DNA of 64,000 nucleotides from NCBI GenBank assembly GCA_033763655.1, contig JANRKD010000007.1, positions 20,796-84,795 of the forward strand. The letters are read 5' to 3'. This DNA comes from Alphaproteobacteria bacterium (GTDB lineage: Bacteria > Pseudomonadota > Alphaproteobacteria > Rickettsiales > UBA3002). This document shows, piece by piece, positions 1 to 8,046 of the stretch. Made by a program: the position numbers and the translations under genes. The first letter of the stretch is position 1. The number at the start of each line of letters is the position of its first letter. The notes under the pieces were generated by a model. It saw nothing but the letters and a program-made list of their open reading frames with translations. It searched no databases and was not told the DNA's origin.

Positions 1-643
1 TACTCTTGAAGCTGGCATAGGGATCAAGCGACGTCGCGTAGATATCGTCGATCGGGTCGAGCAGACGCTCGCGCTCGACCAGCGCCTGACCGGCCGCGAT
101 CCCGAGGGTCAGCCAGATGTCGTTGGAGACATACGTCACCGGGCTGGTGAAAATATCCGCCACCATGCCGGTCGTGTCGCGCAGGTTCGACGGGCCAAAC
201 AGCGGCAGCACGATATACGGGCCCGAGCCAACGCCCCAGACGGCGAGCGTCTGGCCGAAATCCTCGCTATGCGGCGCAATGCCTGCCTCGGCGGCCACAT
301 CATGCATCCCCGCCAGACCGACGGTGGAGTTGATGATAAAGCGCCAGAAGCTCCTCATCCCTTGCGTGAAATCGCCCTGCAGGAAGCCGTTCACCATGCT
401 GATGGGCTCATACAGGTTGTCCGACATGTTGCCGATGCGGGTGCGCACCGGGGTCGGGGTAATGTAGCGGTAGCCCTGCGCCACCGGGCGAATCAGCACC
501 GTGTCGAGCCCGTGGTTAATCGAGAACATCGCGCGGTTGTAGCCTTCCAGCGGATCCTCGTCGTTTGCTTGTGTGCTGCAGGCGGCTGTCAAGGCCAGTG
601 CGGCAAAGAGGGGGAGGAATGTTTTTATCACAGGGTGCGTCAT
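1..643 (-). CDS. mlaA: VacJ/MlaA family lipoprotein (C-terminus runs off the window edge)
   Basis: Hand translation, not in the ORF track: MTHPVIKTFLPLFAALALTAAC lipobox, then DPLEGYNRAMF...PVAQGYRY and TSLDPYASFK, all MlaA hallmarks. Confidence 0.9.
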   Translation of the reverse strand, partial: MTHPVIKTFLPLFAALALTAACSTQANDEDPLEGYNRAMFSINHGLDTVLIRPVAQGYRYITPTPVRTRIGNMSDNLYEPISMVNGFLQGDFTQGMRSFWRFIINSTVGLAGMHDVAAEAGIAPHSEDFGQTLAVWGVGSGPYIVLPLFGPSNLRDTTGMVADIFTSPVTYVSNDIWLTLGIAAGQALVERERLLDPIDDIYATSLDPYASFKS

Positions 644-961
644 AAAGGGGCTTTCTGCAAATCCGTTAGGTTCCGTAAGCTCACTTCGCAAGCCTGCGGG
701 AATTAGGTTACATGCGGTTACCGGTTTCTCCTAGTCTATCGCATTTCTTCATTCTAATGACAAACAATAAAGAATTCCCTAAAATCACCGGGGAGGATTT
801 CGCAGGCCGCATAAGCATTCTGTCATCGACAGCGGGAACTATGGCGCAAATGCCGGGTTTGCTGCAGATGCACCGGGTGCCGCACGGCCCGCTACCCCAT
901 CGCGGGGTCACTGGTTTTTTTCGGCCTGTTGCACATTTATCACAGGAGTTGCTTGGATTCC

Positions 962-1879
962 ATGGCGCGCCCCTTACCCCCCGTACTGGCTTCAACCACC
1001 GCACTCCTGCAACAACTGCGCGAGCTGTATGGCAAAACCCCACGCACCGTTTCGTTCGAGTTCTTTCCACCGCAATCGGTGGCGGCGGAAACCCGGCTCT
1101 GGCAGGTCATCGACACCCTCGCCCCCCTCAACCCCGGCTTCGTTTCCGTGACGTATGGCGCGGGCGGCACCACACGCACACGCACCCACGCCACGGTGAT
1201 GCGCATCAAGCGCGAAACCCGGCTGGTGCCGGCGGCGCACCTCACCTGCATCAACGCCAGCCGCGACGAGATTGACGCCATCGCCCGTGATTACTGGGCA
1301 GCGGGGGTGCGCAACCTCGTCGCTCTGCGCGGCGACCTGCCGCCAGGCAGCGTGCGCACCCATCTTGAGGATGGCTACCTCTATGCCGATGCGCTGGTGG
1401 CCGGGCTGAAAAAAATCGCCGATTTCAACATTTCCGTCGCCGCCTACCCCGAATCCCACCCCGAAGCCCGCTCGGCCGACGACGACATCGACCACCTCAA
1501 GCGCAAACTCGATGCCGGTGCCAGCCGCGCCATCACGCAGTTTTTCTTCGATGTTGATGTCTATTTGCGCTTTGTCGAGCGCTGTCGGGCGCGCGGCATC
1601 CACACCGAAATCATCCCCGGCATTCTGCCCGTCACCAATGTCGGCCAGTTGAAAAAATTCGCCGCCCAGTGCGGCACCCATGTGCCCGCATGGCTGGCCA
1701 GCCTGTTCGACGGGCTGGACGAAAATCCCGAATTGCGCCACTCCATCGCCGCCATGGTCGCCGCCGAACAATGCCGCATGCTGATGCTCGCGGGCGTCGA
1801 TAACTTTCATTTTTATACCCTGAACCGCGCCGACCTGACGCAGGCTATTTGCCATATTCTGGGGGTGCGCGCCACCTGA
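962..1879 (+). CDS. metF: 5,10-methylenetetrahydrofolate reductase
   Basis: VSFEFFPP, SVTYGAGG, AHLTC, ALRGD, AAYPE.HP, ITQFFFD, HFYTLN motifs; ATG 962 follows AGGAG. Confidence 0.96.
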   Translation: MARPLPPVLASTTALLQQLRELYGKTPRTVSFEFFPPQSVAAETRLWQVIDTLAPLNPGFVSVTYGAGGTTRTRTHATVMRIKRETRLVPAAHLTCINASRDEIDAIARDYWAAGVRNLVALRGDLPPGSVRTHLEDGYLYADALVAGLKKIADFNISVAAYPESHPEARSADDDIDHLKRKLDAGASRAITQFFFDVDVYLRFVERCRARGIHTEIIPGILPVTNVGQLKKFAAQCGTHVPAWLASLFDGLDENPELRHSIAAMVAAEQCRMLMLAGVDNFHFYTLNRADLTQAICHILGVRAT

Positions 1880-1902
1880 GCGAAAGGCGGGCCAGCCACT
1901 CC

Positions 1903-2589
1903 CTACTGATCTTCCCCCTTGATCAGCTTCACCACCACCCGGCGGTTGAGATCCTGATTGACGGGAATTGGCGTACCGGCCGCATCGCGGTTGGGGGCCT
2001 TGGGCATCGTCCCCCCAAGGCCGATGACTTTCAGTTTTTGCGGCGGGAACCCTTCCGCGACGAGAAAGCGCACCACATTGGCGGCGCGGGCGGCGGAGAG
2101 TTCCCAGTTGCTCGGATAGTGCGCTGAATTGACCACCGAATCGTCGGTATGGCCTTCGACCTCGATGGTAATATCGGCCTTGGCCAACGGCTTGACCTGC
2201 TGGCCGAGCAGGGTGAGCATCGGCACCGCTTCGGGGGTGAATTTGGCGCCGCCCGGAACAAAAAATGCCCCCGATGACAATTCGACATTAATCCCCTGCG
2301 GTGTGGTGCTGGTGGCGATGAATTTATCGAACCCGCTGGCACCCAGCGACATCGCCAGATGTTTTTTGACTTTTTCATACGGGTCTTCAATCGGCACGGC
2401 GTCGTTGTAGAACCCTTTCACGCGCAGCGCCTCGGCCACCACTTTGAACTGTTTCATGTCGGGTGAGGAAAGTGCGAACAGCAGCACGAAAAAGCTCATC
2501 AGCAGCACGCTCATATCGGCGAACGTAATCAGCCAGCCTTCGTCTTCGGGCTCTTCATGTTTCCGGCGCTTGAGCGGCGGCCCATTCAT
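1903..2589 (-). CDS. motB: Flagellar stator MotB/PomB-type protein
   Basis: WLITFADMSVLLMSFFVLL TM segment with the conserved Asp; OmpA-like VEGHTDD, SNWELSAARA and NRRV motifs. Confidence 0.9.
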   Translation of the reverse strand: MNGPPLKRRKHEEPEDEGWLITFADMSVLLMSFFVLLFALSSPDMKQFKVVAEALRVKGFYNDAVPIEDPYEKVKKHLAMSLGASGFDKFIATSTTPQGINVELSSGAFFVPGGAKFTPEAVPMLTLLGQQVKPLAKADITIEVEGHTDDSVVNSAHYPSNWELSAARAANVVRFLVAEGFPPQKLKVIGLGGTMPKAPNRDAAGTPIPVNQDLNRRVVVKLIKGEDQ

Positions 2590-3503
2590 TGCGTTGCCGC
2601 CTCCCGGGCGGCGGCGACGGCCGCTTTCGCCCCGCGCAGCTGCTTGTCGATATTAAAATGGTGCTGCGGTTCGAGGAACGAGTTGAGGCGATCCTGCATG
2701 AAACGCGGTGTTTTTTTCTCCGCCAGCATAATCAGCCCTTCGACCACCATCAGGTTGCGGAAGCGCTCGGTTTCCTCCTTCTGCATCAGCTTGTTGGCAG
2801 CGGGGATAAACACCAGCCGCGCAAAGAACACACCATAAAGTGTCGCCACCAGCGCCAGCGACATGCCGCCGCCAATGACGGCGGGCAGGTTTTTCGCGCC
2901 ACTGCCCATCTGGTTCAAAATCGCAATCAGGCCGACCAGCGTGCCGATCATGCCGAAGCTCGGCGCGCTCGCCCCCATGTTGCGCAGCACCGGCACCGCT
3001 GCCGTTTTATGCTCGAAGTCCGATTCCACCGCCGTCACCATCATGGTGCGCAATTCGGCGGGGGTGTGGTTGGTGATGACCAGCTCCATGCAATACCGCA
3101 GGATGGGATCGTTCACCGCCACGCCCTTGATTTCGTTTTCAAGCGCCGGCAGCCCACGTTGCTGCACCAGGTAGCTCCATTTAATCAGCCGCATGATTTC
3201 GGTGTTGAGGCCCTCGCGCGTTGATTTAGGCTTCTTCACCATCCAGACGATGGCTTTGAACGCGGTGATTACATCGTTGCTGTGATAGCCCATAAAAGCG
3301 GCGGCAATCGCCCCGCCGAACACAATCAGGAAGGCGTGCCAGTCGAGGTAAATCATGGGGTTGCTGGTTGCCAGCGCCACCGCCCCGATGACCAGTAACA
3401 GGCCGAAAATAACCCCAAGCAACGATGAAAGCGACATGGCACTCCTTGGCCGTAATATGGCGATAACGCCTTCAACCATACCCGAAATTTTCTGCCGCGC
3501 CAC
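2586..3503 (-). CDS. motA: Flagellar stator MotA/PomA-type protein (true start possibly near 3437)
   Basis: LIVFGG, GLPALE, APSFGMIGTLVGLI and ALVATLYG motifs; overlaps the motB start. Confidence 0.9.
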   Translation of the reverse strand: MARQKISGMVEGVIAILRPRSAMSLSSLLGVIFGLLLVIGAVALATSNPMIYLDWHAFLIVFGGAIAAAFMGYHSNDVITAFKAIVWMVKKPKSTREGLNTEIMRLIKWSYLVQQRGLPALENEIKGVAVNDPILRYCMELVITNHTPAELRTMMVTAVESDFEHKTAAVPVLRNMGASAPSFGMIGTLVGLIAILNQMGSGAKNLPAVIGGGMSLALVATLYGVFFARLVFIPAANKLMQKEETERFRNLMVVEGLIMLAEKKTPRFMQDRLNSFLEPQHHFNIDKQLRGAKAAVAAAREAATQ

Positions 3504-3586
3504 AAAAAGCCGGCATCGCGCCCTTTTCCCGTGAAATTTTTACGCACTGTGTTTATGCTGCGTGCACCTCATTTTATGGACCGACC

Positions 3587-4315
3587 ATGCGCCCCATCAT
3601 TGGCTTTACCCTCGATTACGAAGAAGGCGGCCCCACCGCCTACAGCAAATACCCCTGGTATGGCCTGCGCGATAACTACACCGCCTCGGTCGCCCGCCAC
3701 GGCGCGGTGCCCATCGCCCTGCCGCACGAGGTCGAGGCGGTCGACGCCTATCTCGACCTCATGCACGGTCTGGTCATCACCGGCGGCAATTTCGATGTGC
3801 CTCCCGAAATGTATGGTGAAAAAACCAGCAGCGCCACCGTCACCACCAAGCCGCGCCGCAGTCAGTTCGAGTGGGCGGTCACACACGGCGCCCTCGCGCG
3901 CGGCCTGCCCATCCTCGGCATTTGCGGTGGCCAGCAGTTGCTCAACGTCATCCTCGGTGGCAGCCTCATCCAGCATATTCCCGACAGCGTGAAACACCCG
4001 CTCGCGCACGAGCAGCCCAACCCCCGCCACGAGGCCGGGCACGAGGTGGCGATTGTCGCGGGCACGCTGCTTTCGGGCATCGTCGGCAGCGCCACGCTGG
4101 CCGTCAACAGCGCCCACCATCAGGCCGTTGGCAAAACCGCCGAGGGTGTCATCGTCAATGCCCGCGCAGGCGACGGCGTCATCGAGGGTATCGAATATCC
4201 GGCGCATCCGTTCTGCCTCGGCGTGCAGTGGCATCCTGAATTTTCCATCTCACGCGCCGACGACAAAATCTTCGCCGCCTTTGTCGCCGCCGCCAGGATT
4301 TATGGGCAACGCTAA
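3587..4315 (+). CDS. Peptidase C26 / gamma-glutamyl-GABA hydrolase family glutamine amidotransferase
   Basis: GLVITGG.FDV, ILGICGGQQ, VNSAHHQAV and GVQWHPE catalytic triad motifs. Confidence 0.9.
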   Translation: MRPIIGFTLDYEEGGPTAYSKYPWYGLRDNYTASVARHGAVPIALPHEVEAVDAYLDLMHGLVITGGNFDVPPEMYGEKTSSATVTTKPRRSQFEWAVTHGALARGLPILGICGGQQLLNVILGGSLIQHIPDSVKHPLAHEQPNPRHEAGHEVAIVAGTLLSGIVGSATLAVNSAHHQAVGKTAEGVIVNARAGDGVIEGIEYPAHPFCLGVQWHPEFSISRADDKIFAAFVAAARIYGQR

Positions 4316-4351
4316 ACGACAACGCAGGCACTCCAAAAGGTGGACAGGCTC

Positions 4352-4472
4352 CGGTTTCATTCTTTGGAGATGAATGCTAGGAGTTGGTGGCGCGAGGGCG
4401 TGCGCGTAGCAGCGCTACGTAATCGACCGAGTGGCGACAACGACAACGCAGGCGCTCCAAAGAATGAAACCG
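4352..4472. repeat. Palindromic MITE/RPE-like element with perfect 18-bp inverted repeats
   Basis: CGGTTTCATTCTTTGGAG (4352-4369) and CTCCAAAGAATGAAACCG (4455-4472); inner hairpin CGTAGC-agc-GCTACG at 4405-4419. Confidence 0.75.
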
Positions 4473-5195
4473 CAACGTATTGCAAAAATGATGGCGGCGG
4501 CCGGGCTATGCTCCCGCCGCGAGGCCGAACGCTGGATCGAAGAGGGTCGCGTCATGGTCAACGGCGAAACCCTCACCACCCCGGCGACACTGGTTGGGGC
4601 GGGAGATGACGTCATCGTCGATGGAAAACGCATCGCGGGTGCTGCGCCAATTCCGCGCCTTTTTGTCTATCACAAACCTGCGGGGCTCGTCACCAGCCAC
4701 CGCGACGAAGAAGGCCGCGCCACCGTGTTCGACCATTTACCGCGCGATTTGCCCCGGGTTATTTCCGTTGGGCGGCTCGATCTCGATAGCGAAGGCCTGC
4801 TGCTGCTTACCACCAGCGGCGCCCTCGCCCGCGCCATGGAGCTGCCTTCGGGCGCGCAGGCACGCACCTACCGCGTGCGTATTCGCGGCACGCCGATGGA
4901 GACCCATTACCAGCAGCTTGAACGCGGTGTGACCATCGACGGCGTGCATTATCAGCCGATTGACGCCGTACCCGACCGCGCCAAAGAAGGGCGCAACCAA
5001 TGGCTGACCCTCACCTTGCACGAGGGGAAAAACCGTGAAATCCGCCGCATTTTCGAGCATTTCGATATACCTGTCAGCCGCCTGATTCGCATCCAGTATG
5101 GGAACTTCCATCTCGATGACCTCGCCCCCGGAGAAGTCGCCGAGGTGCCGCGCGCATATGTCGAAGAATTGATGGAGAAGTTGGGAGTCGCCTAG
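4464..5195 (+). CDS. rluB: 23S rRNA pseudouridine synthase (RluB/RsuA family)
   Basis: S4 domain RIAKMMAAAGLCSRREAE, catalytic GRLD, EGKNREIRR. Confidence 0.9.
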   Translation: MKPQRIAKMMAAAGLCSRREAERWIEEGRVMVNGETLTTPATLVGAGDDVIVDGKRIAGAAPIPRLFVYHKPAGLVTSHRDEEGRATVFDHLPRDLPRVISVGRLDLDSEGLLLLTTSGALARAMELPSGAQARTYRVRIRGTPMETHYQQLERGVTIDGVHYQPIDAVPDRAKEGRNQWLTLTLHEGKNREIRRIFEHFDIPVSRLIRIQYGNFHLDDLAPGEVAEVPRAYVEELMEKLGVA

Positions 5196-5198
5196 ATT

Positions 5199-5306
5199 TC
5201 GTCATTGCGAAGAGCGAAGCGACGTGGCAATCCAGACACATAGAAAATCTTGCGGCGCAGACGCGCTGCGCTGGATCGTCGCGACCTAAAGGCCTCGCGA
5301 GTACGA
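5199..5306. repeat. GTCATTGCGA...GCAATCC-type intergenic palindromic repeat (RPE-7-like)
   Basis: GTCATTGCGAAGAGCGAAGCGACGTGGCAATCCAG ... CTGGATCGTCGCG ... CCTCGCGA; ATCCAG/CTGGAT inner arms. Family assignment is from memory of the consensus. Confidence 0.7.
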
Positions 5307-5310
5307 GGGA

Positions 5311-5871
5311 ATGATGCGCATTATCGCCGGACAATTCAAAGGCCGCAAGCTCCTCACCCCCGAGGACACCTCTATCCGCCCGACTTCAGACCGCACCCGC
5401 GAATCCATCTTCAACCTGCTCATGCACGGACAGTATGCGGGCGAAAACATCGTCGGCCAGCCGGTGCTCGACCTGTGCTGCGGCACCGGTGCGCTCGGGC
5501 TTGAGGCGTTGTCGCGCGGCGCGCGGATTGCCACCTTTGTCGATAAAAATAAAACCGCGCTCGCGCTGGCGCGGCAAAACGCCCTGCATTGCGGCGTCAC
5601 CCAGCAATGTTTTTTCATTCAGGGCGATGCGGCGAGCCTGCCCCCGGCACGCGAGGCCGTTGCGCTCGTGCTGATAGATGCGCCCTACGCCACGCCGCTG
5701 CTTGCCCCCGCTTACGAAGCACTCCGGCGCGGCGGCTGGCTCGCGCCCCATGCGCTCATCGTCGCCGAGCAGGAACGTGGCGCGAACGTACCCACCCTTA
5801 ACGGCGCCGAACTGATCGACGAACGCCAGTATGGCAAACCGAAAGTGCTGGTGTATCGGGTCGCGCCCTAA
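5311..5871 (+). CDS. rsmD: 16S rRNA m2G966 methyltransferase
   Basis: MRIIAGQFKGRKL, RPTSDRTRESIFN, LDLCCGTGALGLEALSRGA, DAPY. Confidence 0.95.
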   Translation: MMRIIAGQFKGRKLLTPEDTSIRPTSDRTRESIFNLLMHGQYAGENIVGQPVLDLCCGTGALGLEALSRGARIATFVDKNKTALALARQNALHCGVTQQCFFIQGDAASLPPAREAVALVLIDAPYATPLLAPAYEALRRGGWLAPHALIVAEQERGANVPTLNGAELIDERQYGKPKVLVYRVAP

Positions 5872-6719
5872 ACTCCGCGCCCCTTGCCCTTGCCCGCCGC
5901 CTGCATGGCATTTTCGACAAATTTTCCGGCGAGGTTCAGCCCCTGTTGGCCAAGGCGCTTAATGGTTTCTTTCGCTTCCTCATAGACGGCGAGCTGCCCC
6001 GTCACATAGTGCAGGTGCGACTGTTCGAGCTTTTTCTTTTCGTTGTTCAGCCCTTTTTCGATCTGCGCGATCATCGCCAGCGCTTCCTGTTTTTCGCGCG
6101 CGGTGAGATTCTTTTTCGCCAGCATGGCCTGAATCCGCTCGCGCAGATCGTCGTGCTCGACATGCATCATTTCGGCCATTGCCTGCGCCGTCGTGATTTT
6201 CCCCGCCGCCAGTTGCGTCATAATGTGCTCGACCTGGTCAAGGTCGGTGACCGTACTGTCGATGGTATCGACGCGCGTCTGAAAATTAAGGTCGGCGACC
6301 TGCGCGAACAGCGCCGCAAAAAACACCATATAATCGCGGTAGAGGCCGAGCAATTGCTGGCGGACGGCGGCGGGCGGCATTTTTACAAAGCTCGCGCCCG
6401 CCTCACCTTGTTTGACCATCGCCGTGCTCGCCGATTTCTCGGTGGCGCGGTTGATAAGGCCGACCGGTTTATCCTGAATTTGGCGTAGCTGGCCCAAATC
6501 GTAGGTCAGGTTCTCGACCGAAAGGCGGCTGTTTTTGGCATAAATATCGGCCTCCCCGGAGGTCAGCGCCCGCACCGCGTCATGGAAATGTTCGATACGT
6601 GGCCGCCAGTCGCCCTCGTGCAGGCGAATGCTCCATTCGCCCTCGATAGCCAGCAGTTGGTTATATTTGCCGTGCATTAACTCGATGATTGCGGCTTGCT
6701 CTGCCCCGTCGAATGCCAT
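5868..6719 (-). CDS. Hypothetical alpha-helical/coiled-coil protein (283 aa)
   Basis: The 3' part of ORF 5868..7373 from MAFDGAEQ has natural composition and fills the gap between rsmD and hemW. The upstream part is the antisense shadow of hemW. Confidence 0.8.
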   Translation of the reverse strand: MAFDGAEQAAIIELMHGKYNQLLAIEGEWSIRLHEGDWRPRIEHFHDAVRALTSGEADIYAKNSRLSVENLTYDLGQLRQIQDKPVGLINRATEKSASTAMVKQGEAGASFVKMPPAAVRQQLLGLYRDYMVFFAALFAQVADLNFQTRVDTIDSTVTDLDQVEHIMTQLAAGKITTAQAMAEMMHVEHDDLRERIQAMLAKKNLTAREKQEALAMIAQIEKGLNNEKKKLEQSHLHYVTGQLAVYEEAKETIKRLGQQGLNLAGKFVENAMQAAGKGKGRGV

Positions 6720-6761
6720 ACTGCGTGACTCGTAATTGGTGATGCGTAATTTGGGTATATA

Positions 6762-7991
6762 ATGCCACGACAACAAAACCAAGCAGAGGATAATGCGCGC
6801 GACATCCCATCGCCGCTGCGCACCGGCGTCGCCCTTTATGTGCATTGGCCATTTTGCAAAAAGAAATGCCCGTACTGCGATTTCAACTCGCATGTGCGCG
6901 AGGGGGTGGATCACGCAGCGTGGCAGGCGGCATTGCTGCGCGAACTGGGCTACTGGCATGCGCGCATGCCTGATAAAACCATTACCAGCATCTTTTTTGG
7001 CGGCGGCACGCCGTCGCTGATGGCGCCTGCCACGGCCGGTGCGATTATCGCGGCGGCGGATAGGCTCTGGGGGCTTGCTGCCGAGTGCGAAATCACGCTC
7101 GAAGCCAACCCGACCTCGGTCGAGGCGGATAATTTTGCGGCGCTGGCGGCAGCGGGCGTTAATCGCCTGTCGCTCGGCGTGCAGTCGTTCAGACCGGAAT
7201 CTCTTGCCTTTCTCGGACGCGAGCATTCGGTGCGCGAGGCGCATCACGCTATCGCGCTGGCCGCCGCCAACTTTGCGCGCTATTCGTTCGACCTCATCTA
7301 TGCGCTGCCGGGTCAGACCGTCGAGGCGTGGGAGGCCGAACTGCGCGAAGCCTTGTCCTACGCACGCGGCCATCTTTCACTGTACCAACTGACGATCGAA
7401 GAAAACACCGCCTTTCATCATGCCTACCATGTTGGCAAGTCCTTCACCCTGCCCGAAGATTCGCTGGCTGCCGCGCTTTATACCCGCACCCAATCGCTGA
7501 TGGAAGCGGCGGGCATGCCGGCCTATGAAATCAGCAACCATGCAGCAGCAGGGCAGGAAAGCCGCCACAACCTTGCCTACTGGCAGGGGGATTCCTATGT
7601 CGGTATCGGCCCGGGCGCGCATGGTCGGGTGGATATCGGCGATGCCCGTCACGCCACCCGCGCCATAAAATCGCCCGAGCGCTGGCTGGAGCAGACTCTC
7701 CGCATCGGGCACGGGGTCGAGGAAGATCTCACCCTCACCACCGCCGAACGCGCCGAGGAAGCGCTTCTCATGGGACTGCGCCTGCCACGGCAGGGCGTCG
7801 ATCTCTCCCGCCTGCGGCCCGATGTGGCGCACTACCTCACCACCCTCTGGGCGGATGGACGGGCGGCGCATCTGGTGGCGCAAGGGCTGCTGCTGTCATC
7901 GTCGGAGGGGGCGGCACGCCTCACCCATCTGCGCCCCACCGCCCGTGGCCAATTGCTGCTTAACCATGTGATTGAGCATCTGCTGGGGTAA
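6762..7991 (+). CDS. hemW: Radical SAM heme chaperone HemW (HemN-like)
   Basis: YVHWPFCKKKCPYCDFN, FGGGTPS, EANP, YEISN, HNLAYW, GIGPGAH. Confidence 0.93.
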   Translation: MPRQQNQAEDNARDIPSPLRTGVALYVHWPFCKKKCPYCDFNSHVREGVDHAAWQAALLRELGYWHARMPDKTITSIFFGGGTPSLMAPATAGAIIAAADRLWGLAAECEITLEANPTSVEADNFAALAAAGVNRLSLGVQSFRPESLAFLGREHSVREAHHAIALAAANFARYSFDLIYALPGQTVEAWEAELREALSYARGHLSLYQLTIEENTAFHHAYHVGKSFTLPEDSLAAALYTRTQSLMEAAGMPAYEISNHAAAGQESRHNLAYWQGDSYVGIGPGAHGRVDIGDARHATRAIKSPERWLEQTLRIGHGVEEDLTLTTAERAEEALLMGLRLPRQGVDLSRLRPDVAHYLTTLWADGRAAHLVAQGLLLSSSEGAARLTHLRPTARGQLLLNHVIEHLLG

Positions 7992-8046
7992 TCTGGGGGT
8001 GCAACTAACACTTCACCCTCCGGACGCAATCCGCTAGGCCGTAGGG

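Noticed and set aside
830-900. Possible riboswitch (cobalamin or SAM) in the metF leader: CGGGAA..GGCGCAAATGCC and AGCGGG/CCCGCT arms
   Set aside because: It lacks the remaining cobalamin-box elements and the SAM-II/SAM-alpha core words. An Infernal/Rfam scan would be needed.
1903-3503. motAB as Zorya ZorAB defence genes
   Set aside because: MotA has no long ZorA tail, no zorC/D/E genes are adjacent, and the motifs are those of flagellar stators.
6720-7373. N-terminal 218 aa of the 501-aa ORF 5868..7373
   Set aside because: Antisense shadow of hemW; the real gene most likely starts at 6719.
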